Assembly (NCBI GenBank): GCA_016748015.1
Contig: JAAOMT010000134.1
Coordinates: 1,618,757-1,682,756 of the forward strand
Direction of reading: 5' to 3'
Length of the DNA stretch: 64,000 nt
Source of the DNA: Geosiphon pyriformis uo1
Lineage: Eukaryota > Fungi > Glomeromycota
This document shows, in pieces, positions 1 to 14,700 of the stretch; position 1 is the first letter of the stretch, and every line of letters starts with the position of its first letter. The notes under the pieces are model-generated. The model was given only the letters and a program-made list of their open reading frames with translations, did no database searches and was not told the origin of the DNA. Both the position numbers and the translations under genes were made by a program.

Positions 1-861
1 TAGAAAAATTTTGGATCTTTTAAAAATAATTAAAATTTTTAAAAATATTGAAAAGTAATAATAATTTTGTTGTTATGTTTTTAATATATATTGGTTAATT
101 TTATTGTTAATTTTTTCTTTTTTGGTAGCTAATTTTTTAATCTTAATAATTGTATACATATTTATTATATTTATTATAATAGTTTATTTACCAATAATTA
201 AAATAATATTTAAATAGTTTATTGTTTAATATTTATAAAGAGTATTAAAAATATTTTAAATGTATTGATTTATAAAATAATTATTTATGTTGATTAATAA
301 TATGTTTGTTTTGAAAATAATATATTTATTTATATCTAATTTTTATTGATTATTAAAACTAGTATTACTATTATAAACAATTAAGTCATTTGTAATACTT
401 CTTAAGTTTGGTGTTATGTACAGGGCAATTATTAAAGATTTACTTAAATTCAAAAAAATTATAATATAATTTAAAATAAATTTGTATTAATTTAAATGAA
501 TAATTAATATATAATATTAAACAAAAAAAGCAATTGCCAAAAATCAAGAATTATTGATAAAGTAATTTAGATTTTTAGACTCATATAAAAAATATGAAAC
601 TTTAAAAATTTAAAAATCGTGTAAAATATTAAATATCTCAAAATTTTTAATTTGATTTATTAAATTTATGAAGCTAAATCTGCTGAACTATAAAGAGAGC
701 ATCAAATTAAAAACCAAAGAAGATCACCGCAAATCCTTCATTTGAACGACGTCACATTGCTTGTTATCCTCCGATCACATCATAAAGCCAAAACCCCCGA
801 GTCTCTTTTCGTTTCTCAAAAAACCAGTGATTCGCATTCTTTTTATTAACATTTGCTTACA

Positions 862-3259
862 ATGACTTCAAAGACAGGAGATTCTTTACTCATTGATGGT
901 CAAGACTTACCGACTACAGAGACTTTTGTAGCATCAGCGACACATCCCCAAGAAGAAATTTGGTCCTCGATTCTCAATAGCGCTGCTTCTTCGAAAATAG
1001 TCCCAACCAAGAATGTTTTAATACTTGGTAAATTTTTATTTGCTATTAAGCGTTAAAAACTGAAGAACCAAACTCAAATTTTGACGCGTAGAATAAATTA
1101 ATCAAATTTATGGTTTCTCTATACACTGAAGGTGATAGAGAGTCCGGGAAATCAAATCTCATCAGTCAACTTAAAGGTGAAGGAGACGAGCTTTTTGAAG
1201 TAGCTGTACCTAATGGAGTTGCTGCAAAAAGCATTGGTGTCGGTCCCGAAGATCCCTCGTCTAAACAACGCCAAAAAAATGATCTGGCCTTAAGTTACAC
1301 CTATTTAGAAATTAAAGATAAGGATGACGAAACAGAAGGTTCGTCATTTTTTACTCAATAAAAACTAATGCAAAAGCAAAATTTATCTGATTCCATTTTA
1401 GGGTAGAAATTAATTGAACCTCTCATACGCGATCCATATTCCATCAAGATACCATTGCTCGTCTCGGTCTATACCAACTTGCCGGGAGCCAGAAGGCCTA
1501 TAATTCACTCCTTAGATTTGCTCTCAACTCCACAACCCTAGCTGACTCCTTAGTTGTGATCGTGTTGGATTGGGCGAGACCTTGGACATTTATCGAGACT
1601 CTACAGCGATGGATCAAATTAGTCCAAGAGGGTATCCATGCCATTCGTGCTGAAGGTGCTGTAACTGGTTCCAAGAGTGACTGGACAGAAGGACAGAAGG
1701 TCGTTGAAGAAGTGAAGGAGTCGCGTATGCTACAATATCATCATTTTTGTTCCTCCATATTTATTATTTGATAAATTATATTCTAATTATTCTGTTTCCT
1801 TTAATAGTTCTACGCTTTATCCAAAATTATACTGATCCCGATTCGGCTACTCCCGTTAGCAACACAGATATTGATATACCTTTACGTGACGGAACCCTTA
1901 CGGAGAATTTGGGTGTTCCCTTGATCGTTGTGTGTGCCAAGGTTGTAAAATTATGCGTGGCTATTATTTATGGCTTATTATTTGAGTCGTCTTTATATCT
2001 ATTGGCAGTCGATTGAGTTAATTTTTATTATTTGTCTATTTAGTCTGACAGTATTCTTAATCATCAACGTGAGTTAGATTACAAAGAAGATCAGTTTGAT
2101 TTTATTCAACAGAGCCTGCGTACTATTTGCTTAAAATGTGAGTGAAAAGTTATATATCTATGATTCACTTGGTTTTTCCTCATTCTTGAACATTAATGTT
2201 GGGGTGTGAAATGTAAAGATGGGGCTGCACTTTTCTACACCACTCCCCGACAATCTATGACCTTTACCAATTTACGCCAGTACATTTTACATCGACTTCT
2301 CGGGGAAAAATCTTTCTCCAGTGACACTAAATCTAATTATGGCTTCAATGTTAAGGCTCAAGTTCTTGAGCGGGATACCGTAATGGTTCCTGCTGGATGG
2401 GATACTTGGGGAAAAATAAAAACAATAAGAGAAGACTTTGAGTGTGAAAGAATGCTTCAGGGTTGGGATTATGATATGGAAGTAAATCCTGATGTAGCTA
2501 CTACCGATAGAATAAACGGTGAATCCATTAGTGCCAAAAAAGATTACGATGAAGTTGTTTATCATCAAGATTCTGATAAGGTAAATCAGAAAAATAATGC
2601 TTCATTAGCTTTTTCAACTGCTTATAAAGTTCTCTCCACAGCCATCAGTACAATCAATGATTGTCGCTGAAGACGAACAAGACTTTTTCAAACGACATTT
2701 TGATACTTTGCAGAAGGCTAGTAATGAGCGGAATATTTCACCTTCTGTGGTCGGACCTATGGCTGCCGCAATTTATACATACAATAATATTGGAGGACCA
2801 GAATATGATGTTGAGGATCGACTCGCTAAATACAAAAAGGTAATTTATTGTTCCATACAAATGTCTCCTGTCATCATCTCTATCTGTTAATAGGATTATT
2901 ATTTTATTTGTTTTCAGGAATCAATCAAAACCACAAACCAATTGCCGCCACTGAACATTGTCAATACAAATGGCACAAACCCCTCTTCCCCCACTGCGAC
3001 TGCGACTAATCAAAATGAAGTACTCGCAAACTTCTTTCAAGCATTGCTTACGAAGAAGCAAGCCTCAACAAACCAACCGCCTGGACCTCCAGGATCTGGT
3101 CAGACTTCACCTAATAATTCACAAATAAATTTACCTTTGCCAACTATTAAAAGTTCAACAGTAACCACAAATGTAGTAACGCGAAAGATGGTGAAAGAAG
3201 AAATAGAAAAGCTGAACATGGTACCCAGTTCACAAACTGCAAGTGCTGTTGGAAAGTAG
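862..3259 (+). CDS. DYNC1LI: Cytoplasmic dynein light intermediate chain (spliced)
   Basis: ATG 862. The exons give IWSSIL..KNVLILG|GDRESGKS (P-loop split by GT 1028/AG 1131), LDWARPW, NLGVPLIVVCAK, FDFIQQSLRTICL, GAALFYT, VPAGWDTWGKI and the C-terminal EVLANFFQALL helix typical of DLIC. TAG 3257-3259. Confidence 0.92.
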
Positions 3260-4663
3260 AGAAGATGGGTTATGGCTCACCTTGGCGATTTCACATAAAA
3301 TTTATCTTCAAAATCACTTCCTCCAAAAAATCTTTGATGCGCGGAACAATTTACATATTTGTTTCTTTCGAATTGCCTTTTCCTTTTGTTCCTAACCAAA
3401 ATTTTATATGCCACAAGTTTTTACTTCAAATTTCCTGTTATTATGACTCCTCGCCTTAAATTTGTGATATATATATAATCTTTCTTTCTTTTCATACGCA
3501 TCACACTCTCGACAAATACTCTTATACATCCAACTTTATAAACTATCTTTATGATAGAATTGAAAATGGGTTTTTACTTCCATTGCAGGACACATTGTAT
3601 TTTTTTTCGGTGGTTTCCTATGGTGTTTCTTGTTTTTTTTCTTTTTCATGAACATACGCTCATAGCAATATATTTAATATCATAAGATCTTTTCTCCCTT
3701 GGGAGGATATAATGATGTCTCAGATTAGGTTGAGATATTTGTGGGTTGACATCGATATTTCAATAATTCCTTGGATTTTTACCCTTTCCCGACCTGTTTT
3801 TACTCCATGATCTGTTTGCCTATCGATCGACTTAATTCCTACACGTGCTTTTTATTCTCTGTAAGGATTATTACGATCACACGTTAGCTTTCTAAAATCC
3901 TTTACACTTTTTGTCTAGCATCAAGCATATATTGTTCGATCTTTGTGTAAATAATCGAGTTTTTTTAATTTGGGAATTGGATTATCATTAAAATTTCCAA
4001 AGAAAATCCATTGTGCCACATACAACCTACAATCAACCTTTATATCCTGTTAGAATATATGTAAAAAAAACATGGCTTCAAAATTAGATAACAGTAAAGA
4101 GGTCCAATAAACCAACAACAAAAAGATTTATACTAGAACGTTTCATCCCTCTCTTGCTCACTTGTTCACCCCCCTTCCTCTCACACTTCCGGTTTTTCTT
4201 TTGGATCTGATTATCAACCACATTAATATTTTGTTAGTTGACTTTTTTTTTATACAAAGGATGACTATAAACATGAATTTTATGCAGGGAACATGAAAAA
4301 GAATAGGGAAAGCGGGGACGGAATATTATTAATAGTATATGATCCCCAAACAATTCGAGATATTACTGGTCTGGGGATGCATAGAGCTATTACTTCCTCC
4401 CTCCCCTTCAATCATGTCCCAATAAAAATATATATATAAAATAAATCTATACAAAATTAGGCCGGGTTTCCGCATTACTCGAAAATCGGACGACAAAAAT
4501 AAGTGTTAGAATACAAGGAATAACCACGACTAATAAATAAATGAATATAATAATACAAGTAATTTTTAAGAAATATTCACAAGTGTGATGAGCATGGAGC
4601 CAATTTCTTCTCACCAAATCCTTCACAATCGAAGAGTCCAATTTTGAAAATTATATGCTCTCC

Positions 4664-7640
4664 CTAGTCGATAACCCAATTACCACCTCTCTTCACATAT
4701 TTATCAGCCAATATACCCAAATCCCGAACAACAAATCGACACAAGACATTCCCGAAAAAATCAGACATCTTGTATAGCCGAGATACAATATGTGTGTGAT
4801 GATGATGATAAGGTCCTTTTAGCAAAGAAAAATGACGAATATAGACCTCTTTTTAAAAGGATAAGAAGATTGAAATTCAGAAATTATATTTATCAAATAT
4901 TGTATAGATGTTCCGAGATAAGAACTCACCTACGATATCTGCAATTTGAAACACCTTCAACAACGTATCTACATAACTATTAGCTTCTTCACTTCGATTC
5001 ACAACACCCATACCCATCCGATCCAATCTTTGAGAAAGTTTAGATCCCCAGTTCATAATTGAAGTACTTTGACGACTTTTCCCATTCGTTGATTCAACAT
5101 AACTCAATTTTCGGGCCAAATTATTTTGAATTCCATCGAATAAAGGTTCAATTGAATCCAATTCCTAAATTATTTTTCTTATAAATATTTCGGTCATATC
5201 AAATTTACCATCGAAAAGTAAACTAACCTTAACCAAACCGTCCAAATCATCCATCGTAATTTTTTCCAGCTTTAGTAAACAATTATAAATAATCTCACAA
5301 CTTGAAAGTTTAGCTTCCACAGATGCGAGCTTCACATTAGCTTGAACCCACATATTATTTGGAACAAACAATTTTTTTGTAAGATAACCTCCAGTGGTCA
5401 TAGTACGTTCCAAAATTCGCATTAACCAAAATGGTCTTAAATGTACGTCAATCGGTGGTGGGTCCGGAATTCCTTTTTCACTTGGATGATCAAAAGTGAT
5501 ATCTTCGTTAAATAAGATTGGACTAGAATCAACCATTGAAGAATAACCGGGATCAAAAGCCTTTGGAACCATTGTAGAATCAGATAAATGTACTCCTGTT
5601 GTTAAGCTATATATTGGATTGTTCAGAGGTGGTGATTGGAAATTGAAACTGTTGGTCCAAGGTGAATTAGGAGAACCAGGGGGTTGATTCCACTCGGATA
5701 AATTTGTAGATTGTTGAGTTGCTCCAGCATTATGGAGAGAATTGTTTTGCAAAAATCGGATTCCATTGTTTTTTCGAGGTTGTCCAGGATTCGAAGCTGC
5801 TCTTCGTGGAGATGCACCTATTAACCCATTAGTTGTTGGTAAAGTAGCTAAAACTGAAGAATTTGTTGTAGAATGAATAATAGGAATTATGCGAGAATTA
5901 TGATTGTTCTGTTCATTTAGTGTAAGTGGAGAAGGTCTTCGACTCTGAGATAATGCTTTATCAGCCAACTTTTCTACAGGTTTTTGAGGATTAGAAGTTG
6001 AAGAAGATGTTGTTGTTGTTGTTGAAGAGGAGGAGGAGGAGGAGGATGATGATAATGGTCTTGAAATTTGTTTGACTGTTGAAGCAGAGATAATTGAACC
6101 ATCAGTTCTTGAAGATTTTATAGAAGCAGAGTCCTCTCCATTATGAGTAGTGGATGATTTTAGTAATGAAGATGTAGGTAAATTTTTTTGAGATGGTGAT
6201 ATTAATAATTCTAAACCTATGGATGATCTTTTTCTTTCTTTAGTAGAAGCCAACTGTAAAGGTAAGGGATTTTGGGGATTTTGTGAAAGGGAATAAGAGT
6301 TTGGTGATGAATTAGAGGAATTGATATTTGATTGTGATAATATTGAGTAGATCTGAGAAGGCCCAGTTGATGTTGTTGATTTATCTGCTATTTTTACATT
6401 TGTTTTGATTGGCGATAATTGTGCAGAAAATTCGGAATTTGCCAATTCATCGATAGTATTTGCATCATCCGTACTAGAGCCTGCATCATCCGAACTCGTT
6501 GAAGATTCATTTGAGTTAACTACTGATTTTCTCTTTTCAATAGCTGATTCATAATCAGACACAGGTGGTGTAGTTTTATCTGACATAAAAGATTTTCTTG
6601 AAGAATTCCAAGATTTTGTGGTTGAGGTCGAAGAGTTCGATTTGTGTGTGCGCCCTTCTTGATGCCCTAATTTTATGGTTTGATTATTAGGTTCGATTTT
6701 CTCCGAAGCTGTTAACTCATTCTTTAAATTATGCTTTAGATTGATACCAATCTCATTAGTATGAGAATTATGAAAGTTTGTTTTGAAATTATTGTTTCCC
6801 AAATTTTCTGTTGAATTTGATATAAACTCTTTATTAGATTTGCTTCCTGTAGCTTGTATAAATCCAATTGGGGATTCTGGAGTTTGTTCATTCTCTATTG
6901 AGGGTAATTTTCCACGAGAATGTTCTTGTTGTTGTTGGTCTAATATAGGTGAATTCGCAAAATTAGGATTAGTCTGAATAGATGGCCCGCCACTTGATTC
7001 AGCCGAACTATAGCTATGACGTTTATATGGTAGAGGATTTCTTTCATAGGAAAATCCGTAATTTTCATACTCTTCATTATCTTCTATGGGATCTATATCA
7101 GGAGCTATAGTTGAAAGAAGTCGTATTCGGTCTGCATAGGTATCGTGCTATATCCATCATGAATCCATAAAAGTATAAAAAAAATGTTAATATAAAATCT
7201 TCGGAAGTAACCAAGGGATTCTATATCTTATCTATTAATTTTTCAAAATGCCTAACATTCTACGCATATATTAAGAAATTCTCTTGAGATTTTTTCACCC
7301 AATTATATTTAAAACTTACAATGTGTTGCAATCTTCGACGATCCGCATCATTCGCAGCCTTATCTATCACTTGTAATAAAAGTTTAACGGTTTGCTTGTA
7401 AGCGGCTAAAGCAGCTCCGACATTATTTGCTGAATCGAGCAATACGGCTGATTGAGCTTTCTGCAAAGCGATTGTCAAAATAGATTTGGAATGTGTCCGA
7501 GGTGAAGGTGGCAATTGAACTCTTGGTTGAGGAGAAGGATGAGTCGTCTGTGATACCTCCCCTATCCCTCGAGTAGTATGGGTAAGACCCAGACTTGATG
7601 GTGGGGGAGCGAGATGATGGTTGGTCGCCGAAGTAGTCAT
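4664..7640 (-). CDS. MIT-domain protein with long Ser-rich linker and conserved C-terminal helical domain (spliced)
   Basis: ATG 7640. N-terminal KSILTIALQKAQSAVLLDSANNVGAALAAYKQTVKLL..DRRRLQHI..Y.DRI is a MIT pattern. C-terminal block LRPFWLMRILERTMTTGGYLTKKLFVP. The last exon ends ADKYVKRGGNWVID-TAG at 4664. Confidence 0.75.
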
Positions 7641-8906
7641 CAAATATGTCTTTGTTCTTGGTTATAATATAATTTATTGGGAATAAAGACTGAGAGAAAA
7701 TTGAGAAACTTTAGGAGTTACTAAAAGTGAGTTCAAGTTTTTGTAATACACTTGATACTTTATGCTTAGTTTCTTTGAAACAATAGGACGAAAGGTGAAA
7801 GAAAATTGGTGAGGAATCAAAATGATAGTTCAAACCTTTTGAGAACGAAGAAGTAAAAAGGAAAGAATTTAAAAGTTGAAAAAAAATGGACACAAGGCAC
7901 TTTAAAGCAAAAGTACAGAGATCTCTTTGGAAGAATTCAAAACATGACTAAGATGATTTGAAACCTGAGCTTTGAAAGTGCAGGCCAAACGAGTTGAAAG
8001 GTTGAGACGAATGACCAAATAAAAAACTTTTTTTGAAAAAAACGTTGTCAAGTATGAAGCAGGAGTTTTTTTTTTTAATATGTATATAAAGTAGTATAAG
8101 AAAGACTGAATGCTATTACCTTCAAAGGAAACACAAACAACCCAACAAGGGAATTCGGACTATAATGTGGAATATAAACTTTGTAACTCAAACAACACAG
8201 ACTTGATGCATTACACATTATAACTTTTTTTAGTCAGTCTTCCTTTTAATCAAATCCGATTAAAAACTGTAACGAATGTTTTGATGACAAAAAGTAAAGA
8301 ATGAAAAAGCCGAGAGAGAAATGAAAAATTTTCTTCACTTGGAACACAATGCCTAAAAATTTTATTTAATGTTAAAAGTTGCAGATTTCCTACATAAACT
8401 AATAATTTTTGTACCCTTAAAAAAATTAGAATTCTTGCATTATGTATCGCATCCAATATACAAAAAGTTAAAAGCCTTCTAAGGTTGTTGTAGAATAAAC
8501 AAATAACGTTACGAGTTAGTAGCCCTTTCAAAAATTGTTTTACTTTCATTTCATCTTTATCAGCTATTACTCTATTGCGCTTTTTTAATGTACATATATT
8601 GATTTGAAGGAATTCGGAAAAAACGTAGAACTTAAATGAAGTTTCCAAGTTATGGTGCCTAAATTTGGAACGTTTGATCAACCTCTGAGATCTGTAAACA
8701 AATAACATGTCATAAATTTCCCTTTTTTACTAGAAATTGTCGATCAAAATAAATATTTTTTATTATTACGGGAAATTTTTTTCCTACGTTTATGCTAATA
8801 AGACTAGTTCCACCTCCCTGAAAAAAAAAAGATTTGCTTTGCTTTCCCTTCTCATTTTATTTATCTCACCTTCAAGTAAAAGTTAAAAAGTTTCCCTCTG
8901 GTAAAC

Positions 8907-10136
8907 ATGTCGGCCCCAAATTCAGAAACCAGCGACCAAGAAGCCGCACGAATGTACCGCATTTACAAAACCGTTAAAAAGATGGTTGTTGATAGGGTAA
9001 GTTTACTAAAATTTTATTTTTTCTAAATATTTTTCAATAAAAGTTCAGCCTCTTTCATTTCAGGGATATGTGGTAGGTGACGCCGAAATACCCGCGGATT
9101 TGGACACTTTTAAGGATCGTTGTACAGAAAACGGCATGGTCAGGTTAGATAAGAAGTCCTATTATTTAAAAATATTTTGCTCATCACTCCTTGTTCCAAT
9201 CTATTCATAGCTGCTATGCCTGAAAATGACTAAACATTTTTGAAATACTTTTTTCAAGTCGAGAGAAGTTAATGTTTCAGGTGCAGAAAAAGGATCATCC
9301 TACAGAGCAATTACTTGTTACATTTCCCACTGAGAAGCCTGTCGGCGTTAAATATCTCAAATTGTGGGTATTTTGTTTGTTAAGATATCAAAATCTTGTT
9401 TTCATTAGAGATTGTTTATGTCACTATATATTTTGATCGATTTTCAAATTATCGATATTTTCAGAATGTGTACGAGAATGGTAGAAACAAAAGTGTCAAG
9501 GGGTATTATAATATTTCAGGGAACATTAACTGCTGCGGCAAACAAGGTAAATTTTCAGATTGTTTCTCTAGTTTTTTAAAACTCTCAATATATTCATTCC
9601 TACGTAAATTTAGGCTATTCAATCGCTAAATCAAGGAGATAAATCCCCCGATAAGTTTTTTTACGAAATTGACACTTTTTCAGAATCTGAACTTTTAGTC
9701 AATATCACAGAACATCAACTTGTTCCGATGCACATTGTGCTCACTGATGAGGAAAAGAAAGCCTTGTTGAAAAAATAGTAAAGATGAATTCCCATCTTTC
9801 CTCAGGGTTTGCTTGATCCATTTCTTCAACCTTGTTAAATTGGTGTCATTATCTTTAAAATTTTATTACTTTTTTTATTTAGTCGTTTAAAAGATACCCA
9901 ACTACCCCGGATACAAGTAATTGATCCAATCGCGCGATATTATGGGCTTAAGAGAGGTCAAGTAAGTAACGATTAAGAATAAAAGTTTTTTTTTGATTTT
10001 GAACCCAGAAAAATCAATCAAGATATTAATTTGATTAATTTAAACATCTTTGAACGATCTTTTCTTTCAGGTCGTAAAAATTATGAGACCCAGCGAGACC
10101 AGTGGTCGTTACGTGACATATCGATTATGTTTTTGA
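8907..10136 (+). CDS. RPB5: RNA polymerase I/II/III shared subunit RPABC1 (many short exons, missed by the ORF track)
   Basis: [30 protein letters not shown]|GY..., [39 protein letters not shown]|[28 protein letters not shown] introns. Confidence 0.96.
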
Positions 10137-11004
10137 GTAATATCCGCCGCTGGGTTAGTTTGCTGTCAAGAAACTTTTGAAACAGATCCTTTCATTTTGC
10201 TTCTTTCCTTCTCTTTGCTCCGTTTTCCCTTGAATAATGGATACTATGATACAGGAACGCCATTTAAGTCGATAATTTGTGTAGGTCTAGAAATATACAG
10301 TTTTCCATTTCAGAATTTCTCACAATCACTTTATCTTAATAACTTTTTCATCGGGAATGTATATTTACCCCGAGAACCAAAATTATTATAGGTTATCCAT
10401 AATATTTTACACAAAAACATATGAAAATCTTGGCTGAATAAATTTATGGCAAGGTTAATTGTTTAGCGATTAAATGATCAATTACAAAGCAAACATGTGG
10501 ATGCAGGATGCAAATATTTGGACGAAACACAGAAAAGGCAAGATTTTGATCATTTCCCGAATGAATTGTGAAAAAAACACGATTATTTCAGATATTTTGA
10601 ACTTTGTAGACCCTAAAATAATGAATTTAAATCAAATTTCACACTTCCGAAATACGGTTTCAAGATATCACGGGAAAATTCTTTTTTAATTATAAATTAT
10701 TGAGAGATTTTTATTATGATAATATTTAATAATTTAATCATAAAAAAAAATTGATTTTATTTGTTTTTATAATAAATTAATTTAAAAAATTTTGTTTAAA
10801 AATAATGCAATAATTATATGTTTAAGCATAAATTAATGTTTTAAATTTAAATATAAATCTTAAAAAACCTACAAAAGTTACTAAAATAATAAGTTAAAAT
10901 ATTAATTTTATGTTAATTAAATTAATTATGATAAGATTATTTTTAATTGCACTAATAATTATATGAATCTTAAAATTTGAACAAATTGTAAATTAACTTA
11001 TTTG

Positions 11005-11035
<31 letters not shown>
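11005..11035. repeat. (AAT)n microsatellite
   Basis: About 10 tandem AAT units in AT-rich intergenic DNA. Confidence 0.9.
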
Positions 11036-11037
<2 letters not shown>

Positions 11038-11184
11038 TTCAATTGTGTCAAATTTTAGATAGTAAATTATTTGGTTAATCACAATAGATCAGATAAACTC
11101 AACCCGAGGGTTTTACTACGCCACCAACACCAAAAATTATTGATATTGAGTCTGTACTTCTGGTAGTAGACTGGATCCACAAAA

Positions 11185-12478
11185 ATGAAGTAAGTTTTTC
11201 CCTTGTATCTCTCTCATATTTACAAATTTCTCAAGCTTTCCACCCATAATTTTCAAAGTGTCACAAAAGAAATTTTACGTATTAATGCACGGGAAGCCGA
11301 CCGTAATATCTCTATATCGGGGTCATGGCACTCACAATATAAGGATTCCTCATATATTTTTATTGGGAACATACCATTTGAGTTGACCGAAGGTGATATT
11401 ATCTGTGTTTTTTCACAGTAAGTGAATATTTTCTTGATTTTAATGCCCTCCGAGTGAATTCAATAATTTATTTTGGCAAGGGAAATAATTAAAACAGGTA
11501 TGGCGAAATTCTTAACCTTGACCTTGTTCGTAACAAAAGCACTGGGGAATCAAAAGGGTTCGCTTTTATGAAATATGAAGATCAGCGTAGTACTATTTTA
11601 GCCGTTGATAATTTGAATGGTATTCAAGTAAGCATCTATTCAGGGTTGAAAATATTATTTCTAAATTACTAGATCAATTATTTGGAATTTGACACATGAT
11701 GAAGAATACGTTTTTTTCATAGCTACTGGGAAGGACTATTCGAGTTGATCATGCGAATGCAGAAGACAAAGAAGGAAGAAGACGAACGGGGATGAATGCC
11801 GCTCCTCATCTCATCAATGGTTTGCTCTTTTTTCATTTTGCTGAAATTTCAGTTCTTAACCCTAACCTTTAATTTATATTTATATTTCTCTTTTCACTGA
11901 CAGAAAAATCAGACTCTGAGCTCTCATCCTCGAGAGAATCTCATAAATCTGAAGATTTTGCTGATAAAATTGATCCGGATGATCCAATGCGTGATTATCT
12001 GATTAATAAATTAAAGAAGGAAAAGAAAAAGGAAAAGCAAAAGGAAAAGGAAACGAAGCGTCCAAATAAGAAAAGCTCGACAAAATCAAAAAATCATGAT
12101 AAGGACAAAACTGATTTTAAAGCTGATAAAAACCCGGAAAAATATAAATCACGTCAAGAAACAGGAAATTCTAGACGTGATGAACGACGAAAATCTTCTC
12201 CTCTGTCCAGAGATAGAGATCGACTACCGAGACGTTCGATATCAAGGTCTAGGTCAAGGGAAACTTCTCGTATTCGTCGTTCTAGGGAAGTTTTGCGATC
12301 AAGGTCTAGATCAAAGGAACCATCATATCGGTCTCGTGATAGTCAACGAGATCGATCACAATCTTTTGATCGTTATCGTGGGAATACACATAGTCGTGAG
12401 GAAAGGAGAGGAAGAAGCAGTAGTACTGAACGATTTGAAGAAAGAAATAGGGACAATGCTAGAAGAAGATCTCCTTGA
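11185..12478 (+). CDS. IST3: RES complex RRM subunit Ist3/Snu17 (RBMX2) with Lys-rich and RS tail
   Basis: ATGAA|gtaagt coding micro-exon, then VTKEILRINARE..SWHSQYKDSSYIFIGNIPFELTEGDIICVFSQ|YGEI..VRNKSTGESKGFAFMKYEDQRSTILAVDNLNG..GRTIRVDH, DPMRDYL, RS repeats. TGA 12476-12478. Confidence 0.92.
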
Positions 12479-13199
12479 TTTTGATGCTTAGCTTGGAAGA
12501 TGAGAGGCAATCAAATTTGGCTGAAAACACTGATCAAAAATTCAATTTGTGTTTATACCATGAAGACAAGAATTCAATCAATAAAAATTTTCATAGTTAA
12601 ATATTCCAAGATTTCAAGTTTGGCGATTACAAAATACCTTTCCAAGACCTCCAAATTATCCCATGGCAATCTTTTCATATTGGGTCAATATGGATTTCAT
12701 ATCTGTCGCGGTTCGGAAACCAGCTTTGGCTCTTTGAAAAAGATTTAACCTCTCATCATGAATAAGTTGAGTAGTGCTTTGGGCAATATTTTCCTTTGAT
12801 AAAACACTTTACTAAAGACGTTACAGATCAGAGACTCATCATACGCAGAATCGTGAATTTTCACATTAACAGGCTGCACTCCCTCTTGTTACATGACTGT
12901 CGTGACAAGTCTCTTGGAAGCAAAAATCAGAGACCTTTCAAGAGGTTCATCATTGCACCGATAGTGTTTCCATTGAATTGGACTGTGTAAAGGAATAGGT
13001 AATGGATTCATTCTTTCAAAAACCATTCCTTTTGATCTTGGAAGAAAGGTCTAATAGCAAACTCATATCAGATAAAAATAAAATCATCCAATCTCGAGAA
13101 ATCACAAAATCCAAAACAATTACTAATTAAAAACTTTTGTTCACAAAGTTCTAATTGGCTTGCTCGAGCTTTTCAAAAAAAAAAAAAAGGTGTTTATCT

Positions 13200-14700
13200 A
13201 TGGATAATTAACTTAACATTGATTTTTTGAAATAGTAAATGTTAAAAAAATGGATGTTGAGGTATTTTGTAAATGTTTTTTTAATTAATGTCCATGATAA
13301 TAATTAATAATTTGTAGCTAAGATATATTAAATTATAATATATATTTATTTATATGTTTTAAACCAAATTAAAATATAAACTATTCTGAAATGATTTAAT
13401 TAATTTGACTTGTTTTAAAATAATGAAAAAATAAATTAATTCAAATATTTTTTTACATTACAATTTATTTTAATTTTTTATTACAAAATTCAATAATTGG
13501 TATAAAAAAAATATATAACTATAATTAAAGTAAAAAACAAACTGTGTTTTTAATAAGTATTAAACCAAACAGTATTTAGAAATTTTATTTAATTAAGAAA
13601 ATTAATAAACAAAATATTAGAAACATTGTTTTTAGATAATCTTAAAAAAAATTAACTTTATTTATATTAAGAATATTATATTTGTTATTAACAAAAAGCA
13701 TTTTTTATCTAAAATTTTATCAAATAGCAAAATAGCAACAGTTTTAATATTATTGTTGTTTTAACCAAAAAAAATTTTTAAAATTATAATATTAAACCAA
13801 TAATAAAATGCTTTTTTTTAAATATTATTTTTTATTAATACATAAATAATTAAAAAAAAACAAAAAAAAGATAATTATAAATTTTATAATTTAATCTAAG
13901 TTTTAAAAAAATAAATTAAAAAAAATAAATTAGCATATTATATAAAACAATAAGAACAGTCATAAATAAATTTAGTAATATTATATTAATTAAAATATAA
14001 TTGATTAGTTTGTAACAAAAAATAATTATTAAATATGTTAATTTAAAATTATAACAATAAATAAATAATTATTTTTTATTGGCAAAAATTTAGTAAAAAT
14101 AATTAAAAAAATAAAAAACAAAAAAACTTAAAATAATAAAAATAAAAACAAAGTTATATTAATAAATTTATAAATAAGTATAATATTATATATATTATAA
14201 AGTTATATTGTAAAATAAAAATAGAATATATATTATTAGTTATAATTTGATTATTTATATAATAAACCAAATTAAGTTTAATAAAATTTACATTTTAAAA
14301 ATTTGTATTATTATAAATTAGAATTTTAATTAGTTTTAGCAATAAAATTAATATTTTTTTTAAAAAATTTGGTGTTAAAAAAAGAACAAAATGAAATAAA
14401 AAAAATTAAATTTTTAAATAACAATAAAAATATATTAAAATTAACAAAAATATATACCAAAAAATATTTTTTATTGTTAAACCAATTACTTTTAATAAAA
14501 AAACCTGATAATACAATATTATATTTTGCTAATATAAATAAAAAATTAGAATTGCAATAAAAAAAACAATATTATTAATTAAAATAATAATTATTAAATT
14601 AACTATAAAATATATATTTATAAACAATAATATTAATATTAGTAAATATAAATTTTTTTTATTTATTTAATGAGTAAAATCCAAATATTACTTAGTATAA
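13200..14700. other. Extremely AT-rich tract, probably fully decayed repeat DNA
   Basis: Roughly 90% AT by eye, no CpG seen, grades into the LINE relic. Similar tracts at 1-660 and 10690-11070. Confidence 0.55.

Noticed and set aside
6008-6054. (GTT)n/(GAG)n repeats
   Set aside because: They encode Ser/Thr runs in the MIT protein linker.
8250-8708. 152-aa minus-strand ORF between the MIT gene and RPB5
   Set aside because: No recognisable motif, composition typical of AT-rich noncoding DNA, and it lies in a divergent promoter region.
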